A DNA stretch of 61,811 nt, counting the filler. It is 12 parts of 12 records of this genome, joined end to end, with 100 filler letters (N's around TTAATTAATTAA, not from the genome) between each part and the next. Parts side by side here need not be neighbours in the genome. Positions count along the whole stretch, not along the records: positions 8,319 to 18,374 come from SRR15195285_12636; positions 18,475 to 21,610 come from SRR15195285_12641; positions 21,711 to 25,753 come from SRR15195285_12645; 9 more parts are not named here. One strand, written 5' to 3'. Numbering within the stretch: the stretch's first letter is position 1; every line of letters starts with the position of its first letter. Shown piece by piece: positions 12,801-21,712 of this stretch. A program made the translations under genes and the position numbers. The notes beneath the pieces were generated by a model. It was not told the DNA's origin, ran no database searches, and saw only the letters and a program-made list of their open reading frames with translations.

Positions 12801-13485
12801 CTCTGGACTCGAGCACTCCCAAGGCTACGTCTGTAGTGCCGGTCCATCTCAGGACCAGAGCGAATGCTACCTGGGTGATCTGTCTGGCAAGTTTGGGCCC
12901 ATCACTATCGGTGAGCGTGGGGAGGATTACAATCGTTATCGCCCCGCGTCACCGATCACAGGCCTAGACACCACGCTCGACGTGCGACAGCTCGTGGGTA
13001 AGTCAGTTGTAATTCACGCAGCAGATGGGGGCAGCGAACGAATAGCGTGCGCAACTATCGAGGCTGGCGTTCCAGATGCAAGTACCTTCGCGGGCACAGT
13101 CAAACTGGCTGGTGTAGTGTACAGCTCCGGGCATGAGGTGTCATCCGAAGACTTTGGCGGGGATCTGAACCAAGGCATCGCAGTGGTGATGTCAGACTAC
13201 AGTCACAATTTCCTGATTTTTAACTGGAAGGACATCGGTGCATGCCTCGACATGGAGATGTGTGGCGTCCAGCCTCTGAGTGTTGCGGCTGGCAGTGGCA
13301 AAGGAGCGAGTGGAGCGAGTGACTACGTTGGTCAGAAGAAGCCGATTTCTGGCGGAACGATCGCTGCGGGCCTTGCTCTAGTAGTCATGGTCGGAGTGGC
13401 GGCAACACGCTGGAAAGCCACGGGAGGGTCGGACAAAGGTTCTGAGTCGATTTACGCCGATGAGCCAGACCTCTCGCCGGCCTGA
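9814..13485 (+). CDS. Type-I membrane protein: signal peptide, degenerate beta-propeller phytase with two inserted Cu-only SOD domains, C-terminal TM helix (~1094 aa, 4 exons)
   Basis: Exons 9814-9894, 10010-10297, 10416-12218 and 12373-13485, all joined by phase-0 GT-AG introns. Propeller motifs: NDVAIW..SVIFGSD, HVDVEYG, LYKRPDGAIFAIIGR, YIWQYQL..ATKVRQFG, IAVDDEAG, GYVLIGD, GIAVVMSD..FNWKDI. SOD domains at ~11307-11840 and ~12604-13062 each carry HxWHIH, GGHYDP, CYxGDLSGKFG, G(R/K)(T/S)xVIH and RIAC. TM GGTIAAGLALVVMVGVAA at ~13348-13407. Confidence 0.85.
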
Positions 13486-13629
13486 AAAAACGATATATGG
13501 GGGTGGCGCAGGATGCTGCATCTATAGCAGGAGTAAAACTGCATCAAGTCTTAACTAAATGTACACTTGGCGAATCTGTCCCTCCGCCACATATGCGTTT
13601 ATGTGCATCGGTTTTTTTGTGGGTCAGCA

Positions 13630-16134
13630 TCAGAAGTCGAATGTTTCCTCGTGATATTCGAAGCTCGCCTCCGTCTTCGTCTGAGCGATTGCGTCTTTGA
13701 CAGACACCAGCAGCGCGCTAGGCCCACAGGACAGCACAGCGCAGCTGTCAATCAACTGGTCTGTGCACGCTTGGTCGACAGAGGCAATGATCCTAGTCAT
13801 CCTTGGCCTGCCTTTGCCAACAAACGGCTGCTCGAGCTCGATCTCTGGGTCTTTCGCGCCTCCCTGTTGAATCAGATTCATGCTGATATCGGTAGCTGGC
13901 GCCACCTCTTGCTGCCGAACGAACTTCCTCGGCAACCATCTCTCCTCCGCCAGCTGCACCCAGTCATCGGTTACTGTTAGCGCTTCAAATTGCTCGCCGT
14001 TCTTGATCGAATCGTCCGCGCGATCGTCCATGTTTGCACTCTTGCGATAGCCCACAGTGGCAGCCGTGCTCCCTCCAGCAGCCGCGTCAACCATGAACGT
14101 CTTCGCTGGATCGAAGGACTTCCCGGTAAAATAGATCCGGATGCTGCACGCTGAGTGCTGCTGCGCCTCGATGAGCTTTGGCATGTAGTGATCGATCAAA
14201 CACTGCTCACGCACTGACCAGACCACCCAGACCACCCTGGGCTGTTTTGCCGCTGCGCCACACAGAGCTCGGCCGTCTGCGTCCGCAGCAGTTGCAGCCT
14301 TCATCCGTTCCGACAATGAGTTGAGCACAGCGAACATCGGCGTGCAGCCGATCCCACCGCAGCATAATAGCACCGCGTCATAGTCGTACACCGGCACACT
14401 CAACCTCCCGTACGGGCCGTCCATTCTGACCTTCCCGCCATCCGGAAGGTGTCTACTCGGGTCAGCGCACAGACTGTGCGTCCAGTCACCCAAACTTTTC
14501 AGGACAACATTGATGTTTTTCTCCTCCGGTGCCGAGGAGACGCTGAACGGATGCCATTCGAGCGCAGCGACGGATGGAATTCGAATGAAGAAGTACTGGC
14601 CCGGCTCCTGCAGTTTGAATCGATCGGACTGAATCTGAAGCGAGAGAAATCGTGCAGAGCCGTGCTCTCCACCAAATACCTTTGTGCTCAGCACCTTCGC
14701 GTCACCGCGGAAGGAGCGCACCCCCCGAACAGCATAGTCGCCGATCATGAGTATCAGTGGAAGAACAGCTACGTCAATCTTGCCGAGCTCGAAGTGGTAA
14801 TACAATGCGACGAAGCTTGCGATGGCGCACAGAATGTGCGTCTTGTAAAACAACTCGAAGTGATTCCGGCGCACCCACTCAAGGGAGGTGATGAGTATCA
14901 GTACGAAGCAGCCCCCGGCAAGGATGCCCATGAAATTCTGCACTCGCTTTCTCTTGCCGTCAAGAAACCATGTGTGCTCATTTGCGCCGCCGGGCTCGTA
15001 AGATTGATCGCAAGCCTTTTGTTCATCAGGCGTCGAGTAATCGCAGAACGGAGAGAAGCACTCCTGCACGATAAGGTTGATCCCGACCACGTCGCGTTGT
15101 GGCGTCAAGGACCAGTCAACAAAGAAGCAGGCAGCGTGCACAATGGTCGCAATCGTTGCACTTTGCCCAAGCACTTTGTGAAACCTCAGCGCCCGTTCGA
15201 ACGGGATGCCAAATGCCGGCAGGATGAGGCTGTTCTTCGGCACCGGGATCAGCGACAATGCCACGAGATCCCCGGCCACCTGACCCATGTGCTTGCCGTA
15301 CGTCTGCAGGTGGTAAGACTGCAGTGGTTCGTCGTCGAGCGTATCCCAGGGCCAGTATCGCGCACAGACTTCCGCGCCGTCAACGGTCGAGCATTTCTGC
15401 TCGGGCAGAAACCACCTGAGGAGTAGGCAGAGCAACAGCAGCTTCTGAACCATCTCGCTGAGCGGCTCGCTCGGTCCGGTAAGCACTCGCACGAGCCTAC
15501 GCCCGGTGACAGGTAAGCAGTGCACCTTGAGCATACGCTGCGCACGGCGGCTGAGATCGTCGCGTTGGTGATCTACTACAGAGCAGCCGAACGTGGCAAG
15601 TGCCATGCACCCGAGCAACAACGCGACGCCCACAACTGCCGCCACGTCTGGACCATCGCCGTCGTTCGCGGTGGATCCGAGATACTCATGCGGATGGAAC
15701 ACAACGTCCCCGAGCTTTTCTAGCAGCGGTGGCGCTTCCTGGCACGTTTCGCTGCCATCGGTTAGGACGCGCACGTAGCACCGCGACGTGTTGTAAATTC
15801 GGACGAGCTGCGCCAGGCCCGCCACCGTGCCCGACAGCGCGCACGCGCAGCCTGCGCCCAGCATCGGTGGCCTGTGCCGATCGCCCTTCGCGGCGCGATG
15901 AGGTGGGGGCGGCTCATCGTCCGCACTGTCAAGAAGGATCAACTCTCCGGCATCAGTTGAGTTCGTATCGTGCAGCTTCTTCCTCTTGACCAACTCAAAC
16001 CTGATGAGCACAGCCGTCGTCGCGCCCACCAGCCCCGCCAGCACCGTCAGCACGTTGACGTAGAGCCCGGAGGACTCAATGTCGGCATAGCTACGGTGGT
16101 GTGCGTCCTCTGCGAGCTGCCGAACCATCACCAT
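13630..16134 (-). CDS. Ferric reductase (FRE/FRO family flavocytochrome b), single exon
   Basis: Bis-heme His pairs in RFHKVLG..IVHAAC and KTHILC..YYHFE. FAD motif EWHPFSVSS. NADPH motifs DGPYG, GGIGCTP and SCGP, with terminal EETFDF. First in-frame ATG at 16134. Confidence 0.95.
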   Translation of the reverse strand: MVMVRQLAEDAHHRSYADIESSGLYVNVLTVLAGLVGATTAVLIRFELVKRKKLHDTNSTDAGELILLDSADDEPPPPHRAAKGDRHRPPMLGAGCACALSGTVAGLAQLVRIYNTSRCYVRVLTDGSETCQEAPPLLEKLGDVVFHPHEYLGSTANDGDGPDVAAVVGVALLLGCMALATFGCSVVDHQRDDLSRRAQRMLKVHCLPVTGRRLVRVLTGPSEPLSEMVQKLLLLCLLLRWFLPEQKCSTVDGAEVCARYWPWDTLDDEPLQSYHLQTYGKHMGQVAGDLVALSLIPVPKNSLILPAFGIPFERALRFHKVLGQSATIATIVHAACFFVDWSLTPQRDVVGINLIVQECFSPFCDYSTPDEQKACDQSYEPGGANEHTWFLDGKRKRVQNFMGILAGGCFVLILITSLEWVRRNHFELFYKTHILCAIASFVALYYHFELGKIDVAVLPLILMIGDYAVRGVRSFRGDAKVLSTKVFGGEHGSARFLSLQIQSDRFKLQEPGQYFFIRIPSVAALEWHPFSVSSAPEEKNINVVLKSLGDWTHSLCADPSRHLPDGGKVRMDGPYGRLSVPVYDYDAVLLCCGGIGCTPMFAVLNSLSERMKAATAADADGRALCGAAAKQPRVVWVVWSVREQCLIDHYMPKLIEAQQHSACSIRIYFTGKSFDPAKTFMVDAAAGGSTAATVGYRKSANMDDRADDSIKNGEQFEALTVTDDWVQLAEERWLPRKFVRQQEVAPATDISMNLIQQGGAKDPEIELEQPFVGKGRPRMTRIIASVDQACTDQLIDSCAVLSCGPSALLVSVKDAIAQTKTEASFEYHEETFDF

Positions 16135-17024
16135 CACCTCACCATCACCAATAGCACTCCAGTTGGCACCGAATCCGTCCCCCGGCTAGGTCAGCGGAGA
16201 ACTCACTGAAAATCGAAGCAACGACGTGGACCACCTCGAGTCCGCTGGATTGCAATTAGGGTTGTTTTGACCCCGCTGAGCAGGGCAATTCTGAGCCAGC
16301 TGCTCGCGGTGAGCCCGGAGCTCGAGCTGCCGACGGACCGGCCGCCCGGTGCCAGCTCCTGACCACTCCCCCACCAGCTGCTCCGAATCCATCCACGTCG
16401 TGGACCGCACATTCCGAGACGATCCACATTTCCGGACTTGCCGCGGCGCCGGTTCCGCGTATGAGCAGCTTTCCTGCTTTGGGCATGCGGTTTGCGTCAT
16501 ACTGGACCGAAGATCGGCTCACGTTCTTGAGTACGGTATTCCTACTCAGAGTACGTCAGTACGAGTATCGCACATTCCGAGCTACCGCCGTACTCGTTTT
16601 ATATATTATAGTGCTACCTGTACCTGTACTGTCCTCAATTACGAGTCTACCCTTGGTCCAACGGTTGACGACGCAACTGAACCGCGAACCATTCACAGCA
16701 CAGAGAGTCGAGACTCGAGAGTACGAGAGAGCGCCATCCACGAGCCAGTTCATGCACCGGAACTTCCGCACCGACGCGCCGGAACCGCCGCGGCAAGTGC
16801 GGAAATGTGGATTCAGCCGGCTTTCGCGCGTACCCCGGGGATGTGTGGTCGCTGTTGTACCGCGCGCACATTCCGCTAGTCTGGCAAGGCTCAGTCTACC
16901 GTACCATACCGTACGACTGTCCTCGCCGACCGCCAACGCAGCCGCAAGCGCACAGCCGCAGCAACAACAGGAGCTTCTGGGGCGCCACCACCGCTACGAG
17001 TACCACACCTGCGCAAGCACCGTC
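16135..17024. promoter_or_regulatory. Divergent promoter between the ferric reductase and FEA1/ISIP2a genes, with repeated candidate cis-elements
   Basis: The two genes are head-to-head. A 27-bp inverted pair sits at 16422-16448 and 16786-16812 (26/27 identical). CGCACATTCCG occurs at 16406, 16569 and 16865. Confidence 0.7.
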
Positions 17025-18374
17025 ATGATGCTCAGCAGACTGCCTCTTCTGGCCGCCGCGCTATTTGGCGTCGTCAACGGTCAGTGCCCCGGTGGCAAGA
17101 CGGGCTACACTGACGCGACCTGCGCCATCACCCAGGATGACCGGCTCGATGCACCGATGCTGGCCATCGTGCAGGCCGTCAGCGACTTCAAGACAGCGAT
17201 CGGGGATAAATCTGAAGCCGAATTTGCTCAAGCCATGACCTTCTACAACGCCAATCTCGCGGTGCGCTTGCCCGCGCTTAGTGCGCGCTGTGCTGCTGCG
17301 TACGGCAGTGACAGCTCGGCGGCCCCACTACGACACTGTCGCTGACACTGCCCTTGGCTGCGCAGGGCCCGGTCGCGGACTCTGGCGTCCCAGGCCTCGA
17401 GGCGTACATCCAGGCCGCGGGCACCGGCAGCGGCTCCTTCGACGGCGCTGACGAGGGCAACGGCCGCAAGGAAGCGTGTGTCAAGTCCACCCAGAACAAC
17501 ATGCTCTCTGCCCTCGCCATCGTCAAAGCCACCGCGGCCGGAACTGAGGCCGATGCCGCTGCCGCAGCCCAGCTGTGGAAGGAGGCCAAGACTCTGTTCT
17601 TCGGCAGCAGCACGCTCCAGAGCATGTCACCGTCTGCCACATCCGACAAGCGGTGCAAGAATTACGACACATGCGGCGGCGGCGACCCGTCCGGAGACGC
17701 CAACACAGCATCGAACACCAATATCGCCATCTACGATGCCTTCGCCGCGGGTGAGGCCGACCCGACAACATATGCAGACAACGCCGCCATGATCTCCGCG
17801 CAAAACACCATCGTCTACATGCAGGCCACCCTGCGCTACCTGAACAAGATGGACAACGACAACGATCCGAGCCCAGTTGGCGCTGGCAGCAAGAACCAGG
17901 GCGAGGGCTGGGCTTTCTACAAGGTCGTCGCGCCGTACCTCGAGGCCGCAGATCCCGCCGGAGCCACCACGATCAACACGGCGTACGACCGCGATGTGGT
18001 AAACACGGCTACCACCAACTACTGCACCGGCCTGCCGATCGTCCTGAAGAACCTGCCATCCGGCACCACCCTCGGCGATCTGGGCACCCTGAACGAGGCC
18101 GCCGTGGATCCCACTGTTGGCGGCTGCGTCGGCCCAAGCACGGCTGGCCTGATCCAGGCCGCCGCTGCCATGAAGACCGCGTTCGACTGCGCCGACACCA
18201 CCGTCTCCAAGGCGATCTACACCACCGCCCTGACTGCTCCCCTGTACGCAATGCACGGCTCCCTGCAGTCCCAGGTCCAGGCCCTCACCGGTGCTGACGC
18301 TGGTCTCGACGCCCTGATCGTCACTGCGTTTGATGGCACTGGCTCCTTCGCTGCTGCGGCTGCTGCGGGCGCCG
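17025..18374 (+). CDS. Secreted FEA1/ISIP2a-family (phytotransferrin-like, low-iron-inducible) protein, 3'-truncated
   Basis: Signal peptide MMLSRLPLLAAALFGVVNG; intron 17262-17365. FEA1-domain motifs RKEACVK, WKEAKTLFFG, SDKRCKNYDT, YMQATLRYL and GEGWAFYKVVAP. A second repeat appears to begin near 18140 (..KAIY...LDALIVTAFDGTGSF). Codons are strongly C/G-ending. Confidence 0.8.
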
Positions 18375-18474
18375 NNNNNNNNNNNNNNNNNNNNNNNNNN
18401 NNNNNNNNNNNNNNNNNNTTAATTAATTAANNNNNNNNNNNNNNNNNNNNNNNNNNNNNNNNNNNNNNNNNNNN

Positions 18475-20544
18475 AACACGCCCGGGCTGGTGGTGCCTGA
18501 CCTCTCGTTTGCCCGGTACCTCACGCGAGTGACGTTGACAGACCAGCGGTTGGTCTCTCTCACTGACAGTGGCGCCGCTGGCCTCGGAGACCTGCCGCAC
18601 CTCCGTGAGCTGTACCTGCAGAACAATCAGCTGGAGAACATGGATGGCATCAGCGGCTGCACGGGCCTGCACAAGCTGTGGCTGTGCTCTAACCAACTGC
18701 GCCAGCTTGAGTGCCTCGGACAGCTGCAGGACTTGAGGGAGCTGTGGCTCCAAGACAACAAATTTGAGGATATGAGCGCAGCGGATGGCCCGGGTCTCAG
18801 CGCATGTATCAATCTGCAGGTTCTGGCTCTTGCTGGAAATCCGCTGACGGCGTGTGAGTCTCTGGGGCTAACCACCTTGAGCACGCTCCCAGCCCTGCAC
18901 GATCTTTCGTTCGCTGATCCAATGTTCGGGGCTAGTCCTGTCGTACGCACCAACGGGTACCGCGATAGCGTCATTATGCAGTGTCGCCAGGTCCAAATGC
19001 TGGATGGCGTACGTGTCACTGGTGGCGCCCGGGCGGCAGCGGAGGACAGCTACTTGCGGTCCGTGCTTGAGTTCAACGCTCGAATTGACGGGATTCGCCA
19101 GACTGCGGCAGCCGACGCCGCGGCTGCCGAGCGAAGGATGTTGCGTAACCAAGAAGCACACGAGGCGCACAAGGCAGCACTGACGCGAGAGTGGGAACAG
19201 CTGGTTGCGAGCGTTGCCAGAGCGCAGCACGACATGGCCGCAGCGCGAGACGATCTCTTGGCGACGACGGCGACGAGGCGTGCGGAGCTGCAGGCACAGG
19301 CTGTAGAGCTGACGCGGCAGTACGAAGAGGTTATGGGGCGACAGATGAAGCTCACCGAGGCGGCTCTCACTGCGGAGGACCAAAGACTCGAGCGGATGGA
19401 AGATTTGCTGACGCTGCTTAGTGATTTTGAAGATTACATGTCAGAGCTCGCTGAGCCTAATCGTCGGTCTCGGCCTGAGGCTCCAGCTCATGCCGATAGA
19501 GCACGCGAAGGTGCTACTGATGCGGACGATTCAGAGCCGAGTGATCTCACATGGATGTGGGTGGCATTGCACAAGGGCAGTCGAGGCTTCTACGACGCTG
19601 TGCATGCGTGGACGGAGGCTGCAGGTGTAGGACAAGACAGAGACCGGGGCGATGCAGGGACAGAAGTTGAGGTGGTCGCAGCATATCGTTTGGACTGCTG
19701 CTGCGGCGGCAATTCTGCTGTGTTTGATGCTGCACGTGCAGCAGCCACAGCAGACAGAGGGACAGCAGCACATGGAGAGGAGTGGGTTTCGTTTGTCGGG
19801 TCGGCATGCACGGCAGAAGCTTTACTGGATAGGAGTGAAGGTAGACTGCACCACCAAGAGAACTGGGACGAAGTCAAGACAGTCGTATCCCAGGGTTGGC
19901 GCGGGTGGGTTGACAAATACGCACGCAGGAGCAGCGAAGGTGCGAGTAGTGACGAGGCTGGCGTTGATACACCGCTGACCGTATACAGGAGACTGCCAGC
20001 TTCGAAGCCGATAGAGCGGGAGGCACCAGTGGAGGGGAGTTCTGTGACAGCCGAACACTACCCGCGCAGCACCGCGGTAGTGCTGGCGCGGCTGTGCATC
20101 GAAGGTGGCCGGGCTGTACAGCTGGAAGCGGCCGACGTAGACTACCTAGAGCCGTCGGAGCTTGCTGAGAGCGCCATCCCCGCGGATGCGGACTGGGGGG
20201 CAATTGAGGCGGGCGAAGAGGGCGGCGCGTATTTGCTGCTCGCAGCACACTCACACGCTAGCGCTGCTGACGTTGACGGTGGTTGCAGCAGCAGCAGCAG
20301 CGGCGAGGCAGCATACGCTGACCCGGCTTCCTCGATCGCCGGTCTGCAGGTATCTTACTGCGTGCTGCTTGCGGAGCGTGGTCTTCTCGATGAAGCCCCG
20401 GCTGCCACAGACAGTGGGGCCGCAAGTGGCGGCGCGTCTGGTCTAGGTTGGGGGCTGAGTCCGGCAGTAGAAGCAGAGTGCGCAGCGATCGAGGCGAAGG
20501 CAGCAGCGCTTGAGCAGTTGGCTGTGTCGCAGTGGCAACAGTAG
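18475..20544 (+). CDS. LRRC9-like leucine-rich-repeat protein (SDS22-type LRRs, LRR cap, coiled coil), 5'-truncated
   Basis: Repeats LRELYLQNNQL, LHKLWLCSNQL, LRELWLQDNKF and LQVLALAGNPL. The cap DLSFADPMFGASPV..Y..VI..C..V..LDG, followed by AEDSYLRSVLEFNARI, resembles LRRC9. Confidence 0.65.
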   Translation, partial: NTPGLVVPDLSFARYLTRVTLTDQRLVSLTDSGAAGLGDLPHLRELYLQNNQLENMDGISGCTGLHKLWLCSNQLRQLECLGQLQDLRELWLQDNKFEDMSAADGPGLSACINLQVLALAGNPLTACESLGLTTLSTLPALHDLSFADPMFGASPVVRTNGYRDSVIMQCRQVQMLDGVRVTGGARAAAEDSYLRSVLEFNARIDGIRQTAAADAAAAERRMLRNQEAHEAHKAALTREWEQLVASVARAQHDMAAARDDLLATTATRRAELQAQAVELTRQYEEVMGRQMKLTEAALTAEDQRLERMEDLLTLLSDFEDYMSELAEPNRRSRPEAPAHADRAREGATDADDSEPSDLTWMWVALHKGSRGFYDAVHAWTEAAGVGQDRDRGDAGTEVEVVAAYRLDCCCGGNSAVFDAARAAATADRGTAAHGEEWVSFVGSACTAEALLDRSEGRLHHQENWDEVKTVVSQGWRGWVDKYARRSSEGASSDEAGVDTPLTVYRRLPASKPIEREAPVEGSSVTAEHYPRSTAVVLARLCIEGGRAVQLEAADVDYLEPSELAESAIPADADWGAIEAGEEGGAYLLLAAHSHASAADVDGGCSSSSSGEAAYADPASSIAGLQVSYCVLLAERGLLDEAPAATDSGAASGGASGLGWGLSPAVEAECAAIEAKAAALEQLAVSQWQQ

Positions 20545-20875
20545 AAATTGCCCAGCAACGTGACTGGCCGGCTTGCTCGATGAGAACTGCGAGGGATGTG
20601 GATCAGCCGCTCAGGCTCACGCAATAGAACACGTGGGTGACTGCCAAATATGTATCAGCAATAGAAGTTTGTTGATAGGTACACAGCGCGTCGTTGTCGC
20701 GCCACTCGGCTAGCGTAGGCCATCGGCATCTGGAGATGAGAAGGAAGAATGTAGTAGTCGTCGAAAGGAGGAGGTGGAAGAGAAAAAGGGAAGTGGTGAT
20801 GCTGATGGTTCGCAAGCCTCGTGCTCATTTGGCAGGTATCGCTCGTGTTCGCGCAGCGCGCCCGGCTGCTGCGAC

Positions 20876-21154
20876 TCAGTAGCTTGTGAAGGTGTTGGCG
20901 ATCTCGATGGCCTCGTCTGTCGGAGCGCGGAAGCGGAACAGGAACGGGCGCCCGACTGCGGCAGCCCGCGCCGTGCGCACAGCGGCAGGGCGCGGTGAGA
21001 TACGGTCCGTCCAGCCGTCGGCCATCGGGCCGAGATCCAGGAAGGTCGTCCCGCTGTTGATCAAGGTGCGCTCATCGCCTGAGGAGCGCGAGAAGGTCAC
21101 GATCAGCGGGTCGCGGAGCTGCGCCGTCGGCAGTTGCTGCGAGATGGCGGCCAT
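20876..21154 (-). CDS. Small hypothetical protein (92 aa)
   Basis: ATG at 21154 to TGA. Codons are C/G-ending like other genes here, and the flanks are low-complexity, UTR-like sequence. No motif recognised. Confidence 0.45.
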   Translation of the reverse strand: MAAISQQLPTAQLRDPLIVTFSRSSGDERTLINSGTTFLDLGPMADGWTDRISPRPAAVRTARAAAVGRPFLFRFRAPTDEAIEIANTFTSY

Positions 21155-21712
21155 GTCTGTCTGTCTGTCTCTGTGTCGAGGTCGGTGGGCTGGCGGGGTC
21201 GTGTAGGGTGGTGGTTCGGCAGGTAGCACTGTGTGGTCGGTGATCAAGAGCTCTGTGTGCTGTGTAGGTGGTGGTGGTGGTCTCGGAGCTTGCAGGCGCC
21301 CTTCCGCCAACGCCAGTCCGATCGATCGATCGATCAGAGAGTTCGCGAAGTGCAAGCGATGCTTGCCGATCGATCGCAGTGCATGCCACTGGTCACAAAA
21401 CACTGGTGTCTCGCATGTCTCGGCGACACTGTTCACGCGTGCTCCGTCGGTTCTGCATGTGTTAACACATGCATTTCCCCCGAGGGGCAAATCCGCAGAA
21501 GCGGCGAGCAAATGAAAGAGGCCGGGAGTTCAATTCTCTTCCTGGTCATCCCGGCGCTTGCTCTAATCTAAGAGTCGGCAAAAGGAGGTTTGGCCTTTGG
21601 TGGCTATGAGNNNNNNNNNNNNNNNNNNNNNNNNNNNNNNNNNNNNNNNNNNNNTTAATTAATTAANNNNNNNNNNNNNNNNNNNNNNNNNNNNNNNNNN
21701 NNNNNNNNNNAG

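Noticed and set aside
14449-15426. Long antisense ORFs (14449-15426 +, 35197-35991 +, 41998-43005 +, 3184-3846 +)
   Set aside because: They are shadows of well-supported genes on the opposite strand, as expected in GC-rich DNA.
13630-16134. Calling this gene an NADPH oxidase (NOX)
   Set aside because: The helix before the second His pair reads QNFMG, like FRO-type NxxG rather than the NOX-type TG, there are no EF hands, and it is paired with FEA1. Ferric reductase is preferred, though superoxide production is not excluded.
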